From assembly GCA_964304625.1 (NCBI GenBank), contig OZ199838.1, forward strand, positions 15,742,781 to 15,785,816: a stretch of DNA of 43,036 nucleotides, given 5' to 3'. A program made the translations under genes and the position numbers. The notes under the pieces are model-generated. The model was not told where the DNA came from. It ran no database searches and was given only the letters and a program-made list of their open reading frames with translations. Positions 12,001 to 23,717 of the stretch are shown piece after piece; positions within the stretch are counted from its first letter, which is position 1; every line of letters starts with the position of its first letter. Origin of the DNA: Kudoa neothunni. Taxonomy: Eukaryota > Animalia > Cnidaria.

Positions 12001-12484
12001 TTAAGCTAATAAACCTAGAGGGCACACAAATATAGATTAACGGTTAACTATTCTTCCATTTTGTCCTACTGCGATATTCAATTATAGTTTAATTTTGCAA
12101 TCACTTAATTTTAAAATTCTAAAGATCAAACTATAATTTACATTTTGGTGCACATGCGTGTTTATTTTAACCAAATGGGATTCATTGGGTTGATTTAATA
12201 CTATTACCATGAGTATGTTGGACTGTGTGAGAAAACCATTGTAGTTTAGAGTTGGCAGGATTTTTAATATCCAATAATAAATGGAAAATAAATAAAATAC
12301 CCGCGTCTGATTGTTTAAATTAAACAAATTTTGGTATCCTAGAGGTGAACAATGTTTGAATGGTGTAAGCTGCATCGTTAAATAACGTCGCTATTCATAC
12401 TATAAGGTGGGTAGGACTAACTGGAAATTTCTAACATAACTCCACCTGATATAAAAATTCAATACTACATAAATTTAAGCAATA

Positions 12485-14866
12485 ATGTACAACCACTCTA
12501 TCACACCCAGGATTGATTATATCTATCGCAATTGGGCTGGTACATATTTTTGTAAGCCGAAATATTATTTTGAACCGGAAACAACTGATCAAATATTGGA
12601 GGTGAACACATTGGGTTCATTAGCGATTTTAGATGATTCCCGCATTAGATATATCAAATGGCTAGACTACACAAAACTACAGTGAGATTTGTTGGTAGTT
12701 CAGCGTCGCCATCCAATCTACCCTGCACTGAGGGATTTATGGGTGTGTATGAGAAGCTTTAACAAAATTCTAGACGTAACCAATCGTTATATCATATAAT
12801 AAATCAGCTGACTTCCTCCTGCAGATAGACAAGCGGAGAATGCAGGTCAAAGTACAAGGGGGAATTTTACTAGGTGATCTACAAGAGGTTTTAGCAGAAA
12901 ATGGATTGGCTCTATCGACGTAATTGCCAGCTTAAATATTGCGACATAAAATGATCTTATAGTTTGCCCTCGATTAATTTTATTACCCTCGCCGGAGCCA
13001 TTTCTACGGCTACACACGGAAACGGAATAAAACATGGGAACCTGTCCTCGAACGTAAATTCAGTCTATTTTATGAAACAAAATTTTAAGTTGTTATTAAG
13101 GTATTAAGCATTGACATACTTACTCAAAGGGTGAACTAATGCATCTTGATAATGAGTCCAACCAGGAACTTTTTCTTGCGGCCAAAGTCTCCCTTGGTCT
13201 CCTTGGTGCTATTATAAATATAACAATCCAAGTTGAACATTCGTTCAATGTTTTAGAACGAAGATACTCTTGCGATTTTGATTACGTAATATAGTTGTTA
13301 CTTCGCAAGGCAACAAAATAAACTAAATATGATTAAGATGGTTAAAAATATCGACAAGATAATAAAAGCCAGTGAATTTAGCAAAATAATGTTTTATCCC
13401 CACACCGATCGTTGTGTGGGTATTTGAAGTGGATAGGACCACCAAGAATATCTCCACTTCATGGGTATAGTTCAAATTCTTTGAAAAATACATCAAATTA
13501 AGCTATTTAAGCACAACACCAATAGCTACACTGAATTACGACAATATTCTCATTCTAATACATTTAATTTGCCCCAAATTTTTCTACCTAATCTTTATTT
13601 ACATTTTAATTAAATTACTTATTTTATGAGGAAATTATCACGTGGACGTTCAACAATTAATTTTCAACCTAAAAAATTCTAAAAATATTATTAATCAATT
13701 CTTATGAATATAGCGATCAAAATACCATTCATAATTTCAGCATAACACAACAAATATTTTTATTAATATACTTTTTCCATTATAATATGATCACTCTATA
13801 ATGTAGAATCAAATCATTTAGTTTCTATTGAGATTTTCTTAAATAATTTCAACATACATTCCGACTTTAAGTATTAAAGTTATATATTTAGAACCCCATA
13901 AAAAACACATTTCGATGGATACTGGATGAAATTATTGGAAAATATGGGTTTTATTACGCACTTAAAACGAGGTAGTATCATTGAACGCAACTACTCCAAT
14001 ATAACAAAATCAATCTTTTTCTCTAGTTATTATTTTCCAACATTAATCAAAGTATTTAATAATGTGTTCTACTACATTCTCCATCATTGGCCCAGTGAAA
14101 GGATAGATAGAAGCGATCGAGTAACCATCTTAATTACCATAAATAATTATTAATTAATAATTAATAATAAATAATAAATAGTAAATATTCTACCTTATAG
14201 ATTTCAATTTTGAAGTGTATTTTCCGCAATATGTGGGAGAAATTTCATTCAATGTGTATGGTTTTTTCATTCTGATTATTGTCTCCTATATCTACTTATA
14301 TGAATATGATATCACTGCACCTTATTTTTCCAGGGAGGACACTGCAAAGGTGCTTTTGGAATTTAGAAAGATGATCCAGGAAAACAACCTTAACGTTCAT
14401 TTCCCCAGTAATCCACATAAAGCCGATATTTTTTCGACAAAATTAATTTATTATTTTTAGTCGAAATAAGATTTGTCAAAGGCGACGACGCCTACCTAAG
14501 TCACAACTATGGCTATGATTGTATGATGATAATCTCCTATCATTTCGGTGACTATGCCAACGCATTATTCAATGTTTTAAGACAGTTCTAGTCCTGGTGA
14601 TTGTCACTTCCCGAAAGAACAATATTTTTCCTTGTTCGACCAAAAAATAAGGAAAAAATTCAACGGAAGGTCGCATTGGGCTAAAGTAATTTCAACATTC
14701 CCAACCGATTATAATTATTCAATATAAATTTTAGACGCACACCGACACTCCCCAAACCCTTCAAAATCTGTACCCCCAATTCAAGAATTTCCTCAATGCC
14801 CGACAAAATATGGATCCAGATGGACTACTATTAAATAGTTACGTTAAAAGACATCTACTTGGTTAA
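12485..14866 (+). CDS. GULO: L-gulonolactone oxidase / aldonolactone oxidoreductase, 13 exons, five 1-nt frameshifts as assembled
   Basis: Exons 12485-12601, 12649-12775, 12825-12919, 12963-13053, 13101-13285, 13338-13464, 13892-13971, 14027-14120, 14201-14255, 14334-14407, 14461-14547, 14592-14685, 14735-14866. Motifs NWAGTYFC, CTEGF, LAGAISTATHG, VSLGLLG, YPHT, HFPIEIRFVKGDD, GRSHWAK, MDPDG..LNSY are colinear with vertebrate GULO as I recall it. Confidence 0.9.
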
Positions 14867-14989
14867 ATCTAATGTTGGTTTTAATTATTAAACTTTGTCT
14901 TAGGCGAAAACCCCTTAAATAGACCATTTTATCCGTAGATACGTGTTATTGTCGTTTGCACATGTGCATTTCTGCGCGCGCAGTTAGCA

Positions 14990-15904
14990 ATGGATGTAGC
15001 ACCTAACCAAACTTTGTATGTGAACAATTTGAACGAGAAAGTTAAAATTGAAAGTATCTAAATTGGCCGAACTAACAATTTTCTCAAACCCAAATATTCT
15101 TACAGCGCTTAAAAAGGCCCTCTACGCTATATTCACACAATATGGAGATGTGATGGAGATAATCGCCCATAAAAGTCATAAGACAAGAGGTCAAGCCTTT
15201 GTTGTGTTTAAGGATATTTCGTCGTCGGCTAACGCTATGCGAGAACTACAAAGTTTCCCTTTCTATGACAAGCCAATGGTATAGACTGCGAAGAACCTGC
15301 GCTCAGTTGCTTTATTTATTGTTTTAGAGAATCCAGTACGCTAAAACCAAGTCGGATATAGTGTCCAAAGCAGATGGAACCTACGTGCCAAGAGAGAAAA
15401 GACCTGCATCTGATCCGGGTAGGTTTTTTGTTGGTTTATGAATTCTATCATTTATAAATGACTGAACCGATGGATGTTTTATTTTTTCAAGCATGTGTGT
15501 GTGTGTAACCAATCTTTTTTTTGTTTTAGTCAAAGTTGGAAAATCGGAGAAAAAGTCTAAATCGTCGTCAAAGAAAGTACCACCGGTACCAAATGTATGT
15601 TCACTACTTAGTAGGTATCATTGAGTTATCGGTAACAATTAAAATTTTAGTGTTTGACAAAAACGAAGAACCCAACCACATTCTTTTTGTTCAAAATCTT
15701 CCCCCAGAAACCACTGCCGCCACCCTTCAGATGTTGTTTGTACAGTTTCCCGGTTTCCATGAGGTTAGAGTAGTCCCTGGTCGTGTTGACATCGCTTTCG
15801 TTGAATTCGACAATCAAGCTAATGCTGGCAAGGCCAGAGAAGCGCTGCAGGGCTTTATGGTTTCTCAGACTCATTCTATTGTCATTAGTTACGCGAAAAA
15901 ATAA
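14990..15904 (+). CDS. snf: U1A/U2B'' (SNF) two-RRM snRNP protein, 5 exons
   Basis: [80 protein letters not shown]. The phase of the last junction is ambiguous (weak donor at 15599 or a missing G at 15650). Confidence 0.93.
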
Positions 15905-16241
15905 AATTGAGCCTGTTCTATCATTTATGTTGTAATAAAATTGAGCGATAAGTTGTTTTATTTGCGCGCACGTTCGAATTTCTATTAGCGCTTGATTTTC
16001 TGATTTGCCGCGAGTCGTTAGTTCGTTAGTCACCCTTGTGATAAATTTTGAATGGGAAGAATAAGGATGGTCAGATTTTAAATTATTTTTGTAATGATTA
16101 ATTCCAGCTGTCAATTATTTGATGATTCTGCAGCAAATACGGATTCCTTACGTATGTGCCTTATCTTTTAATCGCGAGGGATTCTTATCAACGTTGCCAA
16201 TTTAAATCGGATGTTTTAGTGAAATTTTTGGGGCAAATCAG

Positions 16242-17718
16242 GGTAATGAGGGAGTACACTTCCACAAAATTCAAGCTATTCCCATATGCTAGAAATTCCC
16301 GATTTTATTCAAAATTTGTTTTACATTATTTCTAAATATTGAGTGAACAGAAAGAACTCAAAAATATGACCGCATTTGTCCTTGGGGCTAAATCGGCACG
16401 CGCGTACACTTGTGTGCATTTTGGTTTTCAACTCTATTTGATCATTTAAACAACTTAAATACAATTAGTTTCTTTTTATTATTTTTTTAATCAATGTTAA
16501 ACAGCCTATTATTGTTATGCTGTATATACTACTTAAAAGGTTATAGGAAGAAAATGCAATTTGTATATGTTAGATTTCAATTCCTACAATAAAAATTTAC
16601 TGTGAGATTTCAAGAAATTAGTTTTAGTTTATATATTTTTTTTATATCTTAATAATGGTTGTTGACGATATGATTATAAAAATACAGTAGCATGTGATTA
16701 TATGTTTCTTTTATTGTTATTTTTGTGGAATTTTATGTTAGAAATTACTTTTTCTAAATTATAAATATTTAATAACTACATTTTTTTAATTTTAGAGTTA
16801 AAGACACCTCTAGATATCGATGTTATAATTATGTCTACAAAATACATTTGTACTCGTATTACTTTAGTGTTATTACGTAACCTAAAATTGTGAGAGAGAA
16901 TATGTTACATTGTTTTTAATTCATAAATTTCGAATATCTTAAACGATTAATTAATGTTATCAGATGGAAAAAATGAAGAAATCTTAAAAACATAATCAAA
17001 ATGGTTTATAATACAGCTGTTGCATAGATCAACTTTGGAATCATTTATAAATTATTGTAAATACTAATTTCCACTCCGTGATGTAATCACTTTTTCCATG
17101 CTCAACAAAATTATTCACACTTAATCATTTACACCAGATGAACAGTTATTTTTAACAATTCACTCCCTTAACTTTGATACTTATTAATAAACTTTAACGC
17201 TGAACAAATATTTTCCGAAAATCTACGTAATAAAGTTAAGAAAACATCATATCTCTCAAAATGTTTTGAGAGATAAGATAAATTGTATGGTTTGATGAAA
17301 TAGCTGCACAGGAATAGGAGTTCCATACATAATATATTATAGTATCTATTATTGATAATAAATATAACGCCGAAAGTAACCTACTGACGTTGAAACATTG
17401 ATAAATCAAAAAAATTAAAATAATCAACAGGGTCAATTTTAATTGTATTCGTTAATTTAGAATATGGTCATTATTATCCAATTTAAACGAAACTAGTTGT
17501 ATAAAAGTTGTTTAAATGATCAAATAGAGCTGAAAACCAAAATGCACACAAGCGTACGCGCGTGCCGATTAGCCCCAAGACAAATGTGGTCATATTTTTT
17601 GAGTTCTTTCTGTTCACTCAATATTTAAAAATAACGTAAAACAAGTTCTGAATGAAATCAGGAATGTCTAGCATATGGAAACAGCTTGAATTTTGTGGAA
17701 GTGTACTCCCTCATTTCC
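16242..17718. mobile_element. Non-autonomous Merlin-type element, ~230 bp TIRs, 8 bp TSD
   Basis: TIRs 16242-16472 and 17489-17718 begin GGTAATGAGGGAGTACAC / GGAAATGAGGGAGTACAC. TSD CAAATCAG at 16234-16241 and 17719-17726. GG termini with an 8 bp TSD fit Merlin. Confidence 0.88.
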
Positions 17719-17917
17719 CAAATCAGAATATAATATTTGGATTTCATATGAGAATAAATAAATAAACTCGTTTTATTGAAATAGATTTTTTTACAAACGC
17801 ATAAAAAATTTATAACTTTAACATTCAATTCAACCAACAATTTCCCTACATATTGATTGATTTGTAAATTTTAAAATAACATTGTATATATCATGATTAG
17901 ATAACACCTTAAAAGTA

Positions 17918-18145
17918 TCAATCAACAGCTACGTTAACATTTTGAGATATGTGGTGAGAAAGGCCTAGACGATTATTTATTATAATTTCAGCTGTCCGTA
18001 GCACTCCATGTTTATCAACTAATTGGTATAATGGTATAATCTTCATTATCTGATGATATATTATGATCAAATAAGAAATCATAATCAGAACAACTACCCC
18101 TGTAATCACATAAACCCACACTTCCGCGCAAGCGCATTCAGTCAA
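17918..18145 (-). CDS. Probable terminal exon of a single-pass membrane protein; possible degraded upstream exons ~19070-19930
   Basis: The acceptor TTCAG directly precedes the ORF; hydrophobic segment VWVYVITGVVVLIMISYLIIIY then a polar tail. Upstream pieces contain stops. Confidence 0.35.
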   Translation of the reverse strand: MTECACAEVWVYVITGVVVLIMISYLIIIYHQIMKIIPLYQLVDKHGVLRTAEIIINNRLGLSHHISQNVNVAVD

Positions 18146-18247
18146 CTGAATATGTTATTGTCAGTTTAAGGGTTATTTAACAATTAGAATTATCTAAAAA
18201 GATGCAAATATATTTCTTAAAATATTTTAAACAAATTTATCAAAAAA

Positions 18248-18482
18248 ACCTTGGGGTGTAAACACGCCCCAATTTTACTCGGAAGCTGTTTTAGCGTTAA
18301 TTTATGTCGCAATAAAAAAAAATTAAAATTTTGTTTTCGCATTTTACGTATTACATAAGTTTAAAGGATTAATAGGAACGTGAATTGTATCTATCGCATT
18401 TGTAATGGGAAAAAATTTCATCAACAATCTCCTGCCTGGGGTGGAAATACGGAAATACACCCCTTTTTACTCGAAGGGTTAA
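18248..18482. mobile_element. piggyBac terminal fragment
   Basis: Ends ...TTTTACTCGAAGGG|TTAA with duplicated subterminal motif GGGGTG..A.AC.CCCC..TTTTACTCG; other end not found. Confidence 0.55.
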
Positions 18483-18872
18483 CAGTAATCAATTTCGTCA
18501 ATATTTGTAAATAACTTTAGATATTATGTAACCATTAGGTTTCGTATTAAAATATTTATTCATGCTATTTCAATCATGAGAAAAACAACAACTTAAGTTT
18601 TATATTTGCTTTTTCGATAAAATTTTGTTTACTTTAAGTTTTAATTTCCGATGGCTTTTAGTTATTGAAAATTAAAAGTAAAATACTGAATATTGTTCGA
18701 TATAAGAATTAACCCCTTTAAATTATATCATCCTACTAACATGAAAATAAGATTTACATATTACGACTCATCGATTAGTTGCATTATAAAATTTTTAAAA
18801 GGTTTTTGATAATCTAAATTAATCTTGTTGGTTTTTAATTTTCTTCAAAAAAATTACTCCTATATAAACATA

Positions 18873-18879
18873 TGTATAC

Positions 18880-18924
<45 letters not shown>
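18873..18924. repeat. (TA)n microsatellite
   Basis: Directly visible. Confidence 0.95.
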
Positions 18925-18928
<4 letters not shown>

Positions 18929-20119
18929 TGGAAACATTTTAATTTTGTGAGTTTTAAAACCATTTAATTACATTTTTTTTAGTTATATTTTTTAAATATA
19001 TCTTTATTATAATAATATAGTTTATGTTAATTTAATTTTATATAAATGAATTACAAAAATTTTGATGTTTTATATCAAGAGCAGTACAGATGAATATCTA
19101 ACTCTACGGCAAGTATAAAAAGACTAAAATATCTTGCAATTGAACTTGGAACTTTGAGATTTCAGTGAAATTAAAATATATACACATATATTATTAAGTT
19201 TATTCTAAAAATGAATCTACGAAGAAAATATGCTTTGATATATTATATGAAATGTTAATTTGTGTTTTAAGCGGTCATAGAAATGCTTGAGCAGATCTGT
19301 GTATGATCTCCTTTATTTATAGACGTCGATTCTTCCAAAAATTGTATTCCCTAGTTATACGCCATCACTATTAACGTTGTATAAAATCAAAATATTAGTC
19401 TCAACTAGATCAAAAATTTTTAAATGAGTTTATTATCATAGATATTTGCCACATTATTTTTAGCCTAAATTTCTCCATGCTTTGAGAAATTAGAAGAAAT
19501 TAATAAAATATACAATTTTACTTTGCCTATACAAAACTTCCGATGAAGATATCCTAATATGAAATCAATTACGATTATATTTCTATTTTTGTAAATTTGC
19601 AGTATTTAATTACATTCAAAATACTGATTTGGTATTATTCAATCTATCAAAGAACAAGAGGGAAAAACCTGGAAATATAAGACATTTAAAAAAACGTACG
19701 AATTTAGCTAGTTGTGTCCAAAATTTCTCGCCGAAAAGAATGTCTGCAAATCCATTAGAGCTCTTTATGCCATTTAAGATTTATTCCGTTGTCATATTAT
19801 AATAATTTGCTCGACATTTGTGTAAATTGATAGATTTTACACTTCAAGGTCTTCTTACAGGAATATTTTAGTGTTAATTTTTCATCCAACTCTGTCTTAA
19901 ACTTGTTCCTTTGAGTAGATTTCAAACAATACTAAAATAATTATATGATTTGCTTAAATTATATTTCTATTTTTTTAAGTAATTTTCACTTTAATTCAAA
20001 TCATTTGTACAAAAATTGTATGAATAAACGCGATTCAAAAATATTGATAGAAAACAATCCTAATTAATAATTTGTTTATTCTAAATATTCTCCAAATCGT
20101 AATTATTAGTAAAATAATA

Positions 20120-20133
20120 TGCGCGCATGCGCG
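20120..20133. promoter_or_regulatory. NRF1/Ewg-type palindrome GCGCATGCGC upstream of THOC3
   Basis: Perfect GCGCATGCGC at 20123-20132, 26 nt before the ATG, in AT-rich surroundings. Confidence 0.6.
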
Positions 20134-20158
20134 TTATCATTAAGATAATAAATTAGCT

Positions 20159-21637
20159 ATGGAACCCACTCTTTTGGATAAGTATGTGGACGATACGAAA
20201 AGACACTTTAAAAAACACTGCAACTCACACTCATACTTATCACATGAATCTAAAGTGTGATAAAAATCGTTTATTATAAATTATTCGTTTGATCAATGCG
20301 TAGCATCAGTTATCAATTTGACAAAAACTCATTCTAGATACACAGCGTTGCTTGGAATTGCGACGGAAAGTACATAGCGTCAGGTTCGCACGACAATAGC
20401 GTTTGCGTGATGTCCTTGGACAAAGAAACACTTCGTAAACGTTCACTTTTTAAAGATCATGGCGCCAGTGTGGATCAGGTTTGCTGGAGTCCCATCAACC
20501 CAGATCTTTTAGCATCAGCGTCAGCCGATAAAACTGTCAGGATTTGGGATCTAAGAAGTCAGCCTTATTTTCACATATAGACAAACTTCATCCACTAAAG
20601 AAATGGTTACTTTTAGGTGGAACATGTGCTCAAAAAGTTCAAACCTCTGGAGATAACATTAATATATGCTGGAGTCCAGATTCATCAACTATCGCCGTTG
20701 GAAATAAAGTATTTGGGCGGAACTCCACAACCATATTCAATCTGATTCGATAATCACCTTATCTAGAATGACTTGATATCGTTCATAGATACCAACACAT
20801 TTAAAGTTGTCAAAGAGGAACAATTCAAAGTTGAAGTAATGTTTTGCTATGGTTGCGAGCTAAAATTATTGTTCCGCCTTACCATAGGTGAATGAAATTG
20901 CATGGGACAATCGTAATGAAAAGTTTTATGTGACTAATGGCAACGGTTGCATTTTTATCTATAAGTGCTTCTTCTATGCGCCAATCTCTTTTTTTCAATT
21001 AAAATTATGATTATTTCAGCTACCCAGAAATGCAACTAGTAACCACCTTGAAAGCGCACTCTGCCAACTGTATTTGCATCAAATTCGACCCAACTGGAAA
21101 GTGATTACCACCATAGATGCGCATATATGCATAGATAAATGCGTAGATGCACGTTCGGATTGAGGAATGATGTGATTTAGGTATTTTGCAGTTGGTGGAG
21201 CAGATGCACTTGTGTCGTTGTGGGATGTTGACGAATGGATTTGTGTGAACACATTATCTCGTTTAGAGTTTGTTAGTTTGAGGAGCATTGTTTGAATCTA
21301 TTAAATTTGTTGTAGTTGGCCTGTTAGAAGTGTGAGTTTTAGTTATGATGGGAAACTACTTGCTTCCGCTTCCGAGGATAACTACATAGATATTGCCGTC
21401 GCTGAAAGTGGCGATCAAATTTGTGAAATACCTTGCAGTGGCTCAACTTTCACTGTCGCTTGGCACCCTCGAAATTATCTCCTAGCTTACGCTTATGGTG
21501 AAAAGGTTTTTAAGTTTTCGATTAGATTAAGTTAAATTAAATTTCATCTGTTTTTCGAAGGATAAAAATGACATGAAACAGGAAATATTCATATTTTTGG
21601 TTTCACAGGAACTGGAGAAGCTATAGGTTCTATATAA
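20159..21637 (+). CDS. THOC3: THO complex subunit 3 (TEX1), WD40 protein, 9 exons
   Basis: IHSVAWNCDG, SVDQVCW, SADKTVRIWD, NINICWSPD, EEQFKVEVNEIAW, AHSANCICIKFDPTGKYFA, DWPVRSVSFSYDGKLLASASED, FTVAWHP. All junctions in phase; an apparent 1-nt deletion near 21570 restores HETGNIHIFGF. Confidence 0.95.
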
Positions 21638-22159
21638 CAATTGTGTACATCATTGCTGATTTATTTTATGCGTTTATACCTTGCGCCCGCCCGTTGTGTT
21701 TTTATTCTCTGGAACTTCATTAGGTCTAAATAAATTGTATTCTTTTTAGAGTAGGCATTTTTATGTCAGCTATATCTTTTTCATTCTATCGTTTCCTATT
21801 TACTTTTTTACAGATTTTATTTTTTTACTTTCCTTTTTCCGTTGGCCTCATAGTCATAGTAGTGGACGCATAGATACAGTATTTCAAGATCAACATGCAA
21901 TTTTTGAAATTAAATTATTAAAGTAATTACTCATTTCCTCCATATTAAATCATCGTGGAAAATAGGATTCAGCATGACTTAAATATTTAACTAACTATAT
22001 TGAGAAAATTCTACAGAACTTTCCATGATAGGGTGTGATAGTTCTTACTGATTATAGATTATTTGGGATTTATTACTTGTGTTCGTTTTTATTCATGAAA
22101 AAACTCCTCAGTCAATACTAAGAAATGTTTAATATTGAAAAACACAAAATATATTATCA

Positions 22160-22950
22160 TTTATAGATTCGTCTGAGGTGTGGAAAGTCCAGACTCTTTC
22201 TGAGCTTAAAGAAGTAATTAATGATATACCGTAGTGTATGGGTCGTATGCGATTTTAAAAATTTACTTGTTTACTACTTATTTAAATAAAAATAATCACT
22301 TGTCAATAAATAAATTATTTTCAACAAAATGTTAGTTTTAAAAAACTTGCTGGATGGAGCGTCAATTTTAGCGACACAAAACCACTACCATAAAACTCGA
22401 AATTATAAAGTTCTACGAGTTCATATCAATCATATCATATCATATCATATCATCATATAGTAAAGATGCGAAGCTCCAAGCTATGGAAAAATTAGCCAAT
22501 AAAATGTCATGATAATAAAAAGGTCTAAATGATCCATTCCATTTTTGTGTCTTTTCTTAAAAATAGAATAGGCAACTCACTATTTCTAAGAGAAACGATT
22601 TGATTATTTCTCGACTTTTTCTCAACCCACAAAAATATGCGTGCCTAATGTAACGCTGCTACTTTTCTTCGAACACAACCAGTGTGCTTCAGGCATTGGA
22701 TCGTGGAATTGTTAAAGTTTTCAAATGATGAGAATATATCAAACGGAAACCATAGTTAACTGCTTTAGGAAATCATTTTTCCTCTCTTAAAATCCACTAA
22801 ATGTTTATTCCTATGATGTTCCTGATGATGACCAATTTAAACATGACATAATTGGGCTGATTAAAAAAGTGGAAATCACTAGAATTCACAAATCCTACTA
22901 TTGAAGAAACTCTTGAAAGCAAGACAGTCGACACCTCTAAAATTTGACGA
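22160..22950 (+). mobile_element. pogo/Tigger transposase remnant
   Basis: NTTSVLQALDRGIVKVFK at ~22672-22725 (DDE_1 motif); heavily decayed; limits approximate. Confidence 0.6.
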
Positions 22951-23717
22951 CTCTAATTATATTAATAAAGTTATCATATCAAACCAAGAGTAATTATATT
23001 AATTGGAAAAAGTTAGAAAACTTGTTATAAATAAAATGGTGTTCTAATAAGAAAAAGTATACAAGTTAATTTTTGCTTCAATTTAATTTATTATTTATTA
23101 TCTGATCGATAGGAAACTATTATTTTTGTCTTAATGCACGCGCTATTTGAATGTGTCCAGCGTAATAATAGATGCAACATAGTGGTTTTCATTTTTCCAA
23201 CTTCTATGTTACACCCATATACTACTGTATACTCAACCGGGTGTAATTTTACCTCCTGGGATAAATTTTAGACGACATCAAAACTGAATAAGAATAATTT
23301 TTGCATTATGTGGTTAGTCACGTACACGTACTCAAGTATTTCTAAGGAATTATTAATATTCAGAGTCATTAAACTCATTAAGTTCTCCCAAATGCTTAAA
23401 ATATTTTTCTTTAATGTCGCAGCTTAATAATAACACTTAATGTGACGATTTGCATGGCAAATAATCTTTAGGTGTCATTAGTTTTGACTATTTTTAATTA
23501 TGTCTGGCCTTAGTAGTGAAGGATTGGAATAGAAATAATTCAATTTACCAAAATCTAATAAATTAAATTTGTAGACAGCTTGTGAGTAAGAGTTTATGAA
23601 ATTAGAACCTATCCCTCAAATAGCCTCTGTCATTGTTAAGCCAGTATAAAACCTTAAAGCAAATATGACATGTGACTTCCAAATTAAGAGGGTAAATTCG
23701 AAAAAATACGGTTGAGA

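Noticed and set aside
15647-16114. 155 aa minus-strand ORF
   Set aside because: Antisense shadow of the last SNF exon and its 3' region; no recognisable features.
19200-19400. Alternative genetic code (TAA=Gln) suggested by in-frame TAAs in coding-looking stretches (also ~36710)
   Set aside because: GULO, SNF and THOC3 end in TAA and MPP10 and NAA40 in TAG at the expected positions; these stretches are better read as decayed sequence.
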